From Phycisphaerae bacterium (GTDB lineage Bacteria; Planctomycetota; Phycisphaerae; UBA1845; Fen-1342), in contig CAXXWX010000027.1 of assembly GCA_963675745.2 (NCBI GenBank), forward strand, positions 160,001-224,000: a stretch of 64,000 nt of DNA. The letters are read 5' to 3'. The notes beneath the pieces were generated by a model that searched no databases, had not been told where the DNA came from, and saw nothing but the letters and a program-made list of their open reading frames with translations. Every line of letters begins with the position of its first letter. Positions within the stretch are counted from its first letter, which is position 1. Of this stretch, positions 9,517 through 17,950 are shown piece by piece. The translations under genes were made by a program, and so were the position numbers.

Positions 9517-9927
9517 GTGAGTTTCCTGACCGTTGATCCCATTGGCCGCGTACTAACGGGCATCGATGATGCCCAGGTGCTTCTGACGGTACGCACGGAG
9601 TGCCTACGGCGCGCAAATACATCCTGGCTGATTGCAGGTGGCGCCCTGATCGGTGGTGTGCTTGGCACGATCGAAGGGGGCGTTGTGGCCTGGCTTCTTG
9701 GTATACGAGGCACCACCGGGATGGTATGGTTGGCGATATGTGTGACGCTCAACCTGTGTTTGATTCGATACTGCGCCGGCCTGTACGCGCTACGTTTTCT
9801 GCCTGACATACTGAGGTCGATGGGACGCTGCACGAACTGCGGATACTCGCTGAGCAACGGCGAGATGTGTCGCTGCCCCGAGTGTGGCGAAGCCGTCAGT
9901 GAAGAAGACGCGTCAAACGTCGAGTAA
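9517..9927 (+). CDS. Small membrane protein with C-terminal zinc ribbon
   Basis: Two TM helices followed by CTNCGYSL...CRCPECG; GAGGA upstream. Confidence 0.75.
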   Translation: MSFLTVDPIGRVLTGIDDAQVLLTVRTECLRRANTSWLIAGGALIGGVLGTIEGGVVAWLLGIRGTTGMVWLAICVTLNLCLIRYCAGLYALRFLPDILRSMGRCTNCGYSLSNGEMCRCPECGEAVSEEDASNVE

Positions 9928-9978
9928 CGTCAATACGCAGGGCTGCGAACCGCCGCCACGGGATAAGGGTGACGTTCC

Positions 9979-10356
9979 GTGAACACTCAGGATCACCACA
10001 AACCGAGATGCCCGCTCTGCGGCAGCGATCAGGATGTGAGAGCCGCAACGAAGAGTGAATACAGTTGGCGGTTTCTCATTCTCCGTTGGCCGTATGTCTG
10101 TACCGCCTGCGAATGGGTGTTCGAGCCGGTGCCCGGCGTGTGGCATTCCAGTGTGGGCCTCGGCTTTGGTGCATTAATGCTGGCCGCCGCCGTCGGCAAC
10201 CTCTTGCTAATCGCTACCGGGCGGGAGCCGACCGCATGGCGGATTGTGAATAACCTGATCAGCTTCGCGATTCTGTGCCCTTTCGGCATCGTGGTCCTTA
10301 TCATATCCGCACGCGGTCTCAAACGGTCACTGCACCAGCGCGGCGAACAACACTGA
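9979..10356 (+). CDS. Small membrane protein with N-terminal zinc ribbon
   Basis: CPLCGS...CTACE followed by two TM helices. Confidence 0.7.
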   Translation: MNTQDHHKPRCPLCGSDQDVRAATKSEYSWRFLILRWPYVCTACEWVFEPVPGVWHSSVGLGFGALMLAAAVGNLLLIATGREPTAWRIVNNLISFAILCPFGIVVLIISARGLKRSLHQRGEQH

Positions 10357-10442
10357 CCGTCAGCCCGTGGCGCCGTTCCCGCCGGCAGTGGGGTAAACTC
10401 ACCCGCAGGACGGCATACCTCGCGCGAGATCCCGCATCCGCC

Positions 10443-10660
10443 GGTCGGCTTCAGCCGATCAGTCCTTGCCACCAACTTCAGTTGGTGGAACGAGGTAGTC
10501 CGCCTCCCCCTCCCGACACAGCCGGCGTTCAGCCGGGCTTTCAGAGGCGACGCAAGACGAGAAGCCGGCTCAAGCCCGGCTCTCTGTGAAAACAAGGTTG
10601 ATGGCACGCGCCCACCACCGGTTGAAACTGGTGGCAATCACAGCTCGGCTGAAGCCGACC
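10443..10660. repeat. About 215-bp composite palindromic element, copy 2 (inverted relative to 8269-8483)
   Basis: Same modules in reverse-complement order. Confidence 0.85.
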
Positions 10661-10819
10661 AACACCGGATCGCTTTGACACACGTGGGGCTGCCCGCCGT
10701 TGATGGCGCCGCCGGCGCGTAGCCTGGTTGTCGCCGACGGCGGTGTCCCGCACCGCGAGCCGGCTTGCCCGCTCCCGCCATCTGGACGCCCCGTGCGGCG
10801 GCCAATAGGATGGCTAATC

Positions 10820-11305
10820 ATGTCCGCCGAGCCCAACGAAATGCTGCGTGCCGCGCTGCTGGACTTCCTTGACGAAGCCTTCAACCGCCGATCATGGCAC
10901 GGCACGAATCTGCGCGGCTCGATCCGGGGGCTCAGCGCGGCTGTCGCGTCACGCCGTACGACTGCCAGCCGACACACGATCGCCGAGCTGGTCGTCCATT
11001 GCGCGTATTGGAAGTACAGCGTTCGCCGGCGGTTGTTGGATCAGCCGCGCGGCGAATTTCCGCTCAAGGGTAGCGACTGGTTCACATTGCCCGACACCCC
11101 CACCGACGCCGACTGGAAGGGCTACGTCAAGCTGCTGGCCAGCGAGCACGACCAGCTTCGTGCGGCGGTCGCGTCCTTCGACGCCGCCCGGCTGGAACAG
11201 GTGCCGGCGGGCGGGAAGGTCCCCTTCGATATGCTCATCCGCGGCGTCGCATTGCACGACGTCTACCACGCCGGCCAGATTCAGGTGATCAAGCGCGTCC
11301 GCTGA
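10820..11305 (+). CDS. DinB family protein
   Basis: SWHGTNL, HTIAELVVHCAYWK, LHDVYHAGQI (DinB histidines). Confidence 0.9.
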   Translation: MSAEPNEMLRAALLDFLDEAFNRRSWHGTNLRGSIRGLSAAVASRRTTASRHTIAELVVHCAYWKYSVRRRLLDQPRGEFPLKGSDWFTLPDTPTDADWKGYVKLLASEHDQLRAAVASFDAARLEQVPAGGKVPFDMLIRGVALHDVYHAGQIQVIKRVR

Positions 11306-11331
11306 CCATGACGCCGCGTGGGTGCCCCGCA

Positions 11332-11542
11332 TGGGTGCCCCACGGCTTGCCGTGGGGGACTGACCGGAGGTAGGTTGGCACTTCAAACGGTGGGTGTGGG
11401 TGCCCCGCGGCTTGCCGTGGGGGACTGACGAGAGGTAGGTTGGCACTCCCACCGCCTGATCAGTCCCCCACCTCAAGAGGTGGGGCACCCGCGCGTATGT
11501 GGCGCCGTCCGCGTTCGACGGCCGACGAGGACGTCGGCCGCT
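11332..11542. repeat. REP cluster: tandem GGGTGCCCCRCGGCTTGCCGTGGGGGACTGAC...GAGGTAGGTTGGCACT units, GATCAGTCCCCCACCTCAAGAGGTGGGGCACCCG, and a CGGCCGACGAGGACGTCGGCCG hairpin
   Basis: Direct duplication at about 11332-11381 and 11398-11447. The CCCCACCTCAAGAGGTGGGG module recurs at about 37445-37478 and, inverted, at about 39049-39082. Confidence 0.8.
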
Positions 11543-11556
11543 TCTATGCAAGCTCC

Positions 11557-11777
11557 GTGTCTGTCAAGCGGCGTTGGGGGGTGGACCCCAATCTTCTATC
11601 CGAGCATCTCCTGCGAGCAGGATAGCCCACACGGGTATTCCGAGCGGTGCGGGTTGCCCCATCTACGAACGAGCGTCAACAACAGCCCCAGCGGCCAACG
11701 AGCTCACCCGCGCCAAGATCCTCTCCCAGCCAAACGCCGCCCTCCGGTGCTCTCCGGAGGGGAAAGAAGTCTGTTTT
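11557..11777 (-). ncRNA. Candidate IS110/IS1111 bridge/seek RNA region
   Basis: Lies 3' of the transposase, as in IS1111-type elements. Contains hairpins (CCTCCGG/CCGGAGG, TCCTGC/GCAGGA) and short matches to the element junctions and target flank. Exact RNA boundaries unknown. Confidence 0.6.
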
Positions 11778-12812
11778 TTAGCCCGCCGCCTCCACCGACG
11801 GCAACATCTCGTAATACAACTTCCGCACCCAGCGATTGGCCACCGCCGCCACGATCACGCAGCGGGCCTTGCCGGCCTGCGACAGTCGCGCGGCCAGATC
11901 ACACCAGTGCGGATCGTAGCGTTTCAGGCGATGGGCCAGTTCGATCAACGCCAGCTTCAACTGGCGATTGCCGCCACGCACCAGGCCGGCGTCCGCCTGA
12001 CGCTCTCCGCTCGACGCATTCTGCGGGCTCACCCCGCAGTAGTGCGCCAACTGCTTGCCAGAACCGAACCGCTCAAACTGCCCGATCTCAGCACGCAGCA
12101 CGCCGGCCGTGATCAGCCCGATCCCAGCCTGCTCCAGTAAGCGTTGGACCAGCGGATCATCGGCGACCGTTTCTCCCAGCCGTTGTTCATATGTTTTGAT
12201 CTCCGCCGCCAGGTAATCCAGATGACGCAGATGCCGACCCAACAACCATTGCGATTCGTTCGGCAAACGTGCGTCCGACGCCAGTTCGGTCAACCAAGCC
12301 TGGCCGCGTCGGGTCCACACGCGTCGCACCGTCTCCGGCTTGCCGATCCGAAGATCCCGCAACAACGCCCGCACACGCAGCTTCACCCGTCGAGCCTCTT
12401 CGACCAACGCTTGCCGCCCGCGGGTCAGACGCCGCAGTTCGCGAATCGCCGACGGCGCCAGCCATACCGGCGGCAGATAGCCAACACGCCGCAGATCGGC
12501 CAGCACACGGGCGTCGCTGTAATCCGTCTTGTCCGGATTCCGCTTCATACGCCGCACAAAGCCCGGATGGGCCAGTTGCACCGGCCAGCCCCGCCGCTGA
12601 ATCAGTTCGTCGGCCAGAGTGGCGGCTCCGCAACACGCCTCGATCGCCACCCCGCCGATCGGACCAAAACGTTCGGCGTATGCGATCAAGCGATCGCCCT
12701 CACTGCGCAGCCGCCGCGTGCCGAGTTGGCAACCGTCCGCGTCCAAAACCACAACCTGCGAAACCTGATCGGCGTAGTCAATCCCTACAAATACCGGTAC
12801 GCTACCTTTCAT
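11778..12812 (-). CDS. IS110 family transposase/recombinase (DEDD RuvC + Tnp domain)
   Basis: VGIDY, AIEAC, KTDYSDA (DEDD); GIGLITA, IGQFERF, CGVSPQNASSG (catalytic Ser region), GNRQLK, AVANR; AAGGAG RBS. Confidence 0.95.
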   Translation of the reverse strand: MKGSVPVFVGIDYADQVSQVVVLDADGCQLGTRRLRSEGDRLIAYAERFGPIGGVAIEACCGAATLADELIQRRGWPVQLAHPGFVRRMKRNPDKTDYSDARVLADLRRVGYLPPVWLAPSAIRELRRLTRGRQALVEEARRVKLRVRALLRDLRIGKPETVRRVWTRRGQAWLTELASDARLPNESQWLLGRHLRHLDYLAAEIKTYEQRLGETVADDPLVQRLLEQAGIGLITAGVLRAEIGQFERFGSGKQLAHYCGVSPQNASSGERQADAGLVRGGNRQLKLALIELAHRLKRYDPHWCDLAARLSQAGKARCVIVAAVANRWVRKLYYEMLPSVEAAG

Positions 12813-12929
12813 CGCTTGCTCCTTGGTCAGGAAACTCGATTTACCAACCCGAGTTGTACTCGGGAGACCAAGGAGCTTGCATCCCCATCTACGGCGGTGT
12901 GCGTGTGCCCCGCGGAGGTGTTGGCGTGG

Positions 12930-13253
12930 TCATGGCGGCCGCTTCGCACTTCTGAGCCAAGCCCAGATCGCCGCGCCGCCAAACCAGATCATCGTACCGG
13001 CAAACCAGTGCAACCCGCCTGTGTCGATCAGGATCAGGACAAACGCCGCCCGGAACCACGCTGTGCTGTTCCACCCCCAAACCAGGGAGATCGCCACGAA
13101 CAGCGATCCAAACACGGGAACGCCGGATATCCAGCCATAATCCTCCCGCGTCCCGCCGCTCAAGCGGTGAAGCAGATACCGCGGGAACGACAGGTAGAAA
13201 TTCGCGACGCAGATCACGCCGCCCAGCATCAGCAGGGCAATCCCCAGCAGCAT
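12930..13253 (-). CDS. Small membrane protein, hypothetical
   Basis: About three hydrophobic segments; SGVPVFGSL and LIDTGGLHWF motifs; start uncertain. Confidence 0.6.
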   Translation of the reverse strand: MLLGIALLMLGGVICVANFYLSFPRYLLHRLSGGTREDYGWISGVPVFGSLFVAISLVWGWNSTAWFRAAFVLILIDTGGLHWFAGTMIWFGGAAIWAWLRSAKRPP

Positions 13254-13490
13254 TTGCTTCGCCTCCGGCGTTGCAGCCGTGTGCTGCGCACATCGTACAT
13301 GATTGGCGTCCCAAGCGGCATGGCGGCGGCGCGAGCCGTCGGGCCCCGCTCTGCCGCCGGCACTTCGTTTGAGCCCGGCACGCAGGATTTTCGCACGGGA
13401 ATGTCGGATTCGGCTGTGGGTCGCTGGGTTGGATGTCGTGATCTCTTACGGCGGAGCTGCGTTCGATTCACGCTGCGAGAGGAGCATTCC

Positions 13491-15092
13491 ATGGCGCGAC
13501 GGCTTGTCACCGGGCTACTGGCCGTACTGACATTCTGCACAGCGGCCAACGGTCAGACGGCGGCGGGCAACGCCGGCGGTGCCCAGGACGTCACGATTAG
13601 TGGCACGTTCAGCACCGTCTGGGGCGACCCCGAAGGCCTCGCCGGCACGCCCCACCAGCGGTACTTCATTGACGACGGCGTCAAGACACGCGAGCTCCTG
13701 GTGGACGAGGACACGCTGCGGGCCGCCGGCGGCGGCTGGGCGCTCAATGGGCAGCCGGTGGCCATAGACGGGTGGACGGTCGATACGCCGTTGGCGCCTG
13801 TCGTCGTGGACCGGCTGATCGCCAACCAGACACGCCTCCCCGCCCCGGGCGAGAAACCCACACTGGGCGGGCGCGTCAGCGGTTCGCAGCCGTACGTGTG
13901 GATTCTGGTCCGTTTCGCCGGCGACCCCAGCACGCCCGAGCCGGTGAGCTGGTTCGAGTCGCAGGCCCTCGGCCCCAAGCCCAGCATGGACGACTTCTGG
14001 CGCGAACAATCGTTCGACCAGATCAACCTGATCGGCAGCGAGGTCTATGGCTGGTACGACCTGCCCCACCCGCGCTCGCACTACATGAGCGGCGACGACT
14101 TCCTGCTCAGTGAGGCCTTTGACGACGCCGTCGCCGAGGCCGACGCGGACGTGTACTTCCCCACCTTCATCGGCATCAACGTGATCTTCAACGACACGCT
14201 CGACTGCTGTGCCTGGGGCGGCTCGCGGACGCGGACGCTGGACGGCGTCACCAAGACCTATGGCGTGACCTGGATGCCTCCGTGGGGTTGGCGTGAGCAC
14301 GGCGTGATCGGTCACGAAATGGGCCACGCACTGGGGCTGCCGCACTCTTCCGGGCCGTACGGTGCCGTGTATGACTCCAAGTGGGACGTCATGAGCAGCG
14401 CGACCGGGACGTGCGCCACATTTGATCCGGTCTACGGGTGTCTGGGGCTGCACACGATCTCGTACCACAAGGACATGCTAGACTGGATCGCGCCGTCGCA
14501 ACGCTGGGAGACCGACTCGTATCCCCAGGCGCAAGCCCTGATGCTCTGCAACCTGGCGGTGCTCCCGCCCAGCGGGTACTTCCACATCCTGCGAATGTCG
14601 AAGTGGCAGACCGCCCCGTCGCAGTTCTACACGGTCGAGCTGCGCCGCCTGGTCGGCTATGACGAAAACGTTGCCGCCGACGCCGTCGTCATGCACGACG
14701 TCGATCCGACGCGCGCCAGCCACGCCCTGGTGGTTGACAGCGATGGCGATGGTGATTGCAACGACGAGGGGGCCATCTGGGAGGTGGGCGAGTCGTTCTG
14801 GGACGCATCGAACGACATCGTCATGACGGTGGAGTGGACCACGGCGGATAACGCGGGGATCACGTTCACCAACGCCGCCCGATCGGCGGTGTATGTTGAC
14901 TCCGGCGCGAGCGGCTATCAAGACGGCAGCTCCGCCGACCCTTGGAGCACCGTGTGGGTCGGGTACATCGGGGCGACGCCCGGCGGCACGGTGTACATCG
15001 ATCCGGGCTCGTATGACGAGTCGGTCACGCTGCGCAAGCCGACGACGCTGCGCCGCTGGGGCACATCGGGGACGGTGACGATCGGCCAGTGA
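13491..15092 (+). CDS. Secreted zinc metallopeptidase (M6/M11-like metzincin)
   Basis: GAGGAG RBS before ATG 13491; signal peptide; HEMGHALGLPH; Met-turn WDVMS; C-terminal YVD..A.G..DGS..DPW domain. Confidence 0.85.
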   Translation: MARRLVTGLLAVLTFCTAANGQTAAGNAGGAQDVTISGTFSTVWGDPEGLAGTPHQRYFIDDGVKTRELLVDEDTLRAAGGGWALNGQPVAIDGWTVDTPLAPVVVDRLIANQTRLPAPGEKPTLGGRVSGSQPYVWILVRFAGDPSTPEPVSWFESQALGPKPSMDDFWREQSFDQINLIGSEVYGWYDLPHPRSHYMSGDDFLLSEAFDDAVAEADADVYFPTFIGINVIFNDTLDCCAWGGSRTRTLDGVTKTYGVTWMPPWGWREHGVIGHEMGHALGLPHSSGPYGAVYDSKWDVMSSATGTCATFDPVYGCLGLHTISYHKDMLDWIAPSQRWETDSYPQAQALMLCNLAVLPPSGYFHILRMSKWQTAPSQFYTVELRRLVGYDENVAADAVVMHDVDPTRASHALVVDSDGDGDCNDEGAIWEVGESFWDASNDIVMTVEWTTADNAGITFTNAARSAVYVDSGASGYQDGSSADPWSTVWVGYIGATPGGTVYIDPGSYDESVTLRKPTTLRRWGTSGTVTIGQ

Positions 15093-15127
15093 ATCAAACG
15101 CGACCCCTGCTGAGCGAGGTGCGATCA

Positions 15128-15589
15128 ATGAACGCGACTAACTGGAGAAGAGACGCGCTGCGGTGCGGCGTCCTGGGCTTGCTGGCCTGTGCAGTTCTAC
15201 CGCTTGCAGCGGCCCAGCAGTACGAGATCGATTGGTGGACCGTTGACTCGGGCGGCGGAGCGTCCAGCGGCGGTTACTTCGACGTAGCCGGCACGGTCGG
15301 TCAGCACGATGCGGGCACAACCATCATGACCGGCGGCGGATTCGAACTGACCGGCGGATTCTGGGGCGTCACCACCACTGGGGAGCCACAGTACGAGGTC
15401 GGCGATCTTAATTGCGACGGATGGGTCAACAACGGTGATATAGACGCCTTTGTATACGCCCTCTCGTATCCCGAGCAGTATCCCGATGAGTACCCCGACT
15501 GCGACATCATGCTCGGGGACATCAACGGCGATGGCTGGATGAACAACGGGGATATCGACGCCTTCATCACGCTTTTGAACGAGCAGTAG
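15128..15589 (+). CDS. Small secreted protein with C-terminal dockerin-like domain
   Basis: GAGGT RBS; signal peptide; QYEIDWWTVDSGGG...GTVGQHDAG...LTGGFW domain; two EF-like repeats GDLNCDGWVNNGDIDAF and GDINGDGWMNNGDIDAF. Confidence 0.85.
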   Translation: MNATNWRRDALRCGVLGLLACAVLPLAAAQQYEIDWWTVDSGGGASSGGYFDVAGTVGQHDAGTTIMTGGGFELTGGFWGVTTTGEPQYEVGDLNCDGWVNNGDIDAFVYALSYPEQYPDEYPDCDIMLGDINGDGWMNNGDIDAFITLLNEQ

Positions 15590-15741
15590 CCCCGCGCTCG
15601 CACGGCAGTTCGGGTCAAACGCAGCGCCCCGGCACCTCCGCGGTGCCGGGGTGCCGCAACATACGCGCGTCCCCCCCACACCAATGGCCCGCGTCGCGCA
15701 GGCTGCCACAGCACCGCCTATCGGACGCCGGACACCCATCT

Positions 15742-15793
15742 GTGGCACCGGTTTTCAACCTGTGGGCTTCACGGGGTGATAAGCCTGTACCAC
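15742..15793. repeat. REP-like palindrome pair GTGGCACCGGTTTTCAACCTGTG...AAGCCTGTACCAC
   Basis: Same family as 41550-41600. Confidence 0.7.
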
Positions 15794-15916
15794 AGTCCAC
15801 GGACGGGTGCTAACGCCCCCCATGGCATCGTGCCGATGACACCACGTGGTGTATGTGCGCTGCGGCCGATCTGCCCAGGCAGCCGGCGGCGGCGGCTGAT
15901 CGTCTACGAGAGTCCA

Positions 15917-16978
15917 ATGGCCAATTCGGTAGCGGCGTACCTTGATGAGCCCGAAGGCAAGCAGCAGCGACAGCGGCTGCGGCACGCCCTCCTCGCGGTC
16001 GCCACCGTGGTCGCGGTCGGCATTATCGGGTTCATGATCATCGAGCCGACCTGGGGATTCTGGAAATCACTGTACTTCACGCTCATAACAATCACGACCG
16101 TCGGCTACAGCGACTACGACCTGAGGCCCGAGGGGCAGGGCTTCGCCGTCCTCCTGCTCGTTGTGGGCATCGCAACCGCCACCTATGCCTTTGGGCAGGT
16201 CGTGCAGACGGCGGTCACCTATCAGTTCGCCTGGAGACGCAGGATGCAGAAGACGATCGACGGGCTGACAGACCATTTCATCGTGTGCGGCCTCGGACGC
16301 GTCGGGTCCACGGTTTTTGAACGACTCGCCGCCGAGGGCGTTCCCGCGGTTGCCATCGAAACCGACAGCACGCGGGTCCAGTGGGCACGGGCCTGCGGCT
16401 ACGCGGTGATCGAGGCGTGCGCCACCGAAGACGACACGCTGCTCCAGGCTGGAATCGAGCGCGCCCGCGGAGTCGTATGCGCGGTCAACTCGGATTCAGA
16501 GAACATCGTGATCACGCTGAGCGCCAACGAGTTGAACCCGGATGCCGTCATCATCAGCCGCGCCGATGATGAGAACGCCGTCCGCAAGCTGCAGCGCGCC
16601 GGGGCAACACATGTGGTATCGCCGGCGCGGCGTGGCGGCGACGACATAGCGAATCTGCTGCTCCGACCACACCTGACGGAGTTCGTGAAAGCCTCACACC
16701 AGTCCGGTAGCGACTACATGCTCGGCGAGGTAACCATACACGCGGATTCTGCGCTGGTGGGCCAGACCCTGCGCGAATATGGCGTCGTGGCGAGATCTCT
16801 CGTGTATGTCGCGATCAAGCACACCGGTGAGCCGGCGCGCACGCGTCCGGCGGCCGACGAGCAGTTTCGTGCCGGTGATGTGGTTATCGTCGCCGGCGGG
16901 CCTGAGATCGTGTCGAGCATGATCGAAGCGGCCTCGGCTGCTGTGCCGGCCACATCCTTCGCCTCCCCCATCGGCTGA
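15917..16978 (+). CDS. Potassium channel with TrkA-N/TrkA-C (RCK) domains
   Basis: Two TM helices and pore YFTLITITTVGYSD; Rossmann HFIVCGLGRVG; KLQRAGATHVVSP; C-terminal TrkA-C. Confidence 0.9.
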   Translation: MANSVAAYLDEPEGKQQRQRLRHALLAVATVVAVGIIGFMIIEPTWGFWKSLYFTLITITTVGYSDYDLRPEGQGFAVLLLVVGIATATYAFGQVVQTAVTYQFAWRRRMQKTIDGLTDHFIVCGLGRVGSTVFERLAAEGVPAVAIETDSTRVQWARACGYAVIEACATEDDTLLQAGIERARGVVCAVNSDSENIVITLSANELNPDAVIISRADDENAVRKLQRAGATHVVSPARRGGDDIANLLLRPHLTEFVKASHQSGSDYMLGEVTIHADSALVGQTLREYGVVARSLVYVAIKHTGEPARTRPAADEQFRAGDVVIVAGGPEIVSSMIEAASAAVPATSFASPIG

Positions 16979-17193
16979 CGCGAGAGTTGTTCCGGCCTGC
17001 GCGAGAGCAATCCCGGTGGGCGGCGCCCCCTCTCTACAGAGCGATCTCGGCGACCATAGCCCGCCCTACCGAGACGACCGGCTCAGGCCTCGTCCGCCGC
17101 CGCGGCACACAGCCACATGACAGACCGTTTTTGAAACCGCTCTGGAAGGGTATAATCGCAACTGGTCGTCGGAACGAGAGGCCCTCAACCCCA

Positions 17194-17766
17194 ATGGGAA
17201 AGCCAGGCGAGACAACCCAGCTCCTTAACGCCCTCGAAGCGGGCAGACCAGACGTTGCAGACCGGCTTTATCGGCTGGTACACGACGAGTTGCGCCGTCT
17301 GGCTGAGCACCATTTCCGCCGGCAGCCCGCCGACCACACTTTGCAGCCCACCGCGTTGGTCAACGACGCATTCATGCGGCTGGTCGACCAGGCCCACGCC
17401 GAGTGGCAGAGTCGCGCGCACTTCCTCGCCGTCGCCGCCAAGGCCATGCGTCAGATTCTCATCGATCATGCCCGGGCCCGGTCGCGGCAGAAGCGTGGCG
17501 GCGATCTTTGCCGAGTCACCATGAGCGAGGCCGCCACGCCCATCACCGACGCCGATCCGGAAATCCTCGATCTCGACGAGGCCCTTCAGCATCTCGCCAA
17601 ACTCGATGCGCGACAAAGCCGTATTGTCGAACTGCGTTTCTTCGGCGGGATGGCGGTTGACGCGATCGCTCACGTTCTGAACGTGTCCAAGACAACCGTT
17701 GAGAGCGATTGGCGCATGGCCCGCGCCTGGCTGCGGCGTGAACTGACGAGCGGCACCACCGGCTGA
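17194..17766 (+). CDS. ECF sigma factor, planctomycete TIGR02999 type
   Basis: ETTQLL, ELRRLA, HTLQPTALVNDAFMRL, HFLAVAAKAMRQILIDHAR..KRGG, VELRFFGG, DWRMARAWL. Confidence 0.93.
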   Translation: MGKPGETTQLLNALEAGRPDVADRLYRLVHDELRRLAEHHFRRQPADHTLQPTALVNDAFMRLVDQAHAEWQSRAHFLAVAAKAMRQILIDHARARSRQKRGGDLCRVTMSEAATPITDADPEILDLDEALQHLAKLDARQSRIVELRFFGGMAVDAIAHVLNVSKTTVESDWRMARAWLRRELTSGTTG

Positions 17767-17950
17767 CTCCCGACGGTTGCCGGCATGTCGAGGGCACCTT
17801 CGGCAAGGCACGACCCGCCGCCCGCGACTGGCGCAGTTTCAATAAGGATTCGCCACTTGGCCGTGTCACGGCTCTGTGAGCCGTGAGGCCGGCGTCGGAA
17901 CCGCACTGCTCAAGAGCAGTGGCACACGCCGGACGGTTTCCGACAGCATG

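Larger units (their letters stand above)
11543..12891 (-). mobile_element. IS110 family (IS1111-type) insertion sequence
   Basis: 11-bp subterminal IRs ATGCAAGCTCC (11546-11556) / GGAGCTTGCAT (12872-12882); TCTA at both boundaries (11543-11546, 12888-12891); about 220-nt non-coding region 3' of the transposase. Confidence 0.9.

Noticed and set aside
9449..10380. Integron-like cassette array (attC sites between the small ORFs)
   Set aside because: Only a 7-bp inverted repeat (AACGTCA/TGACGTT) at 9926-9976. No RYYYAAC/GTTRRRY boxes, no repeated spacer structure and no integrase.
12144..13490. N-terminal 449 aa of the 982-aa ORF 12144..15092
   Set aside because: It runs antisense through the IS110 transposase and a small membrane gene. 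The real protease starts at ATG 13491 with an RBS and signal peptide.
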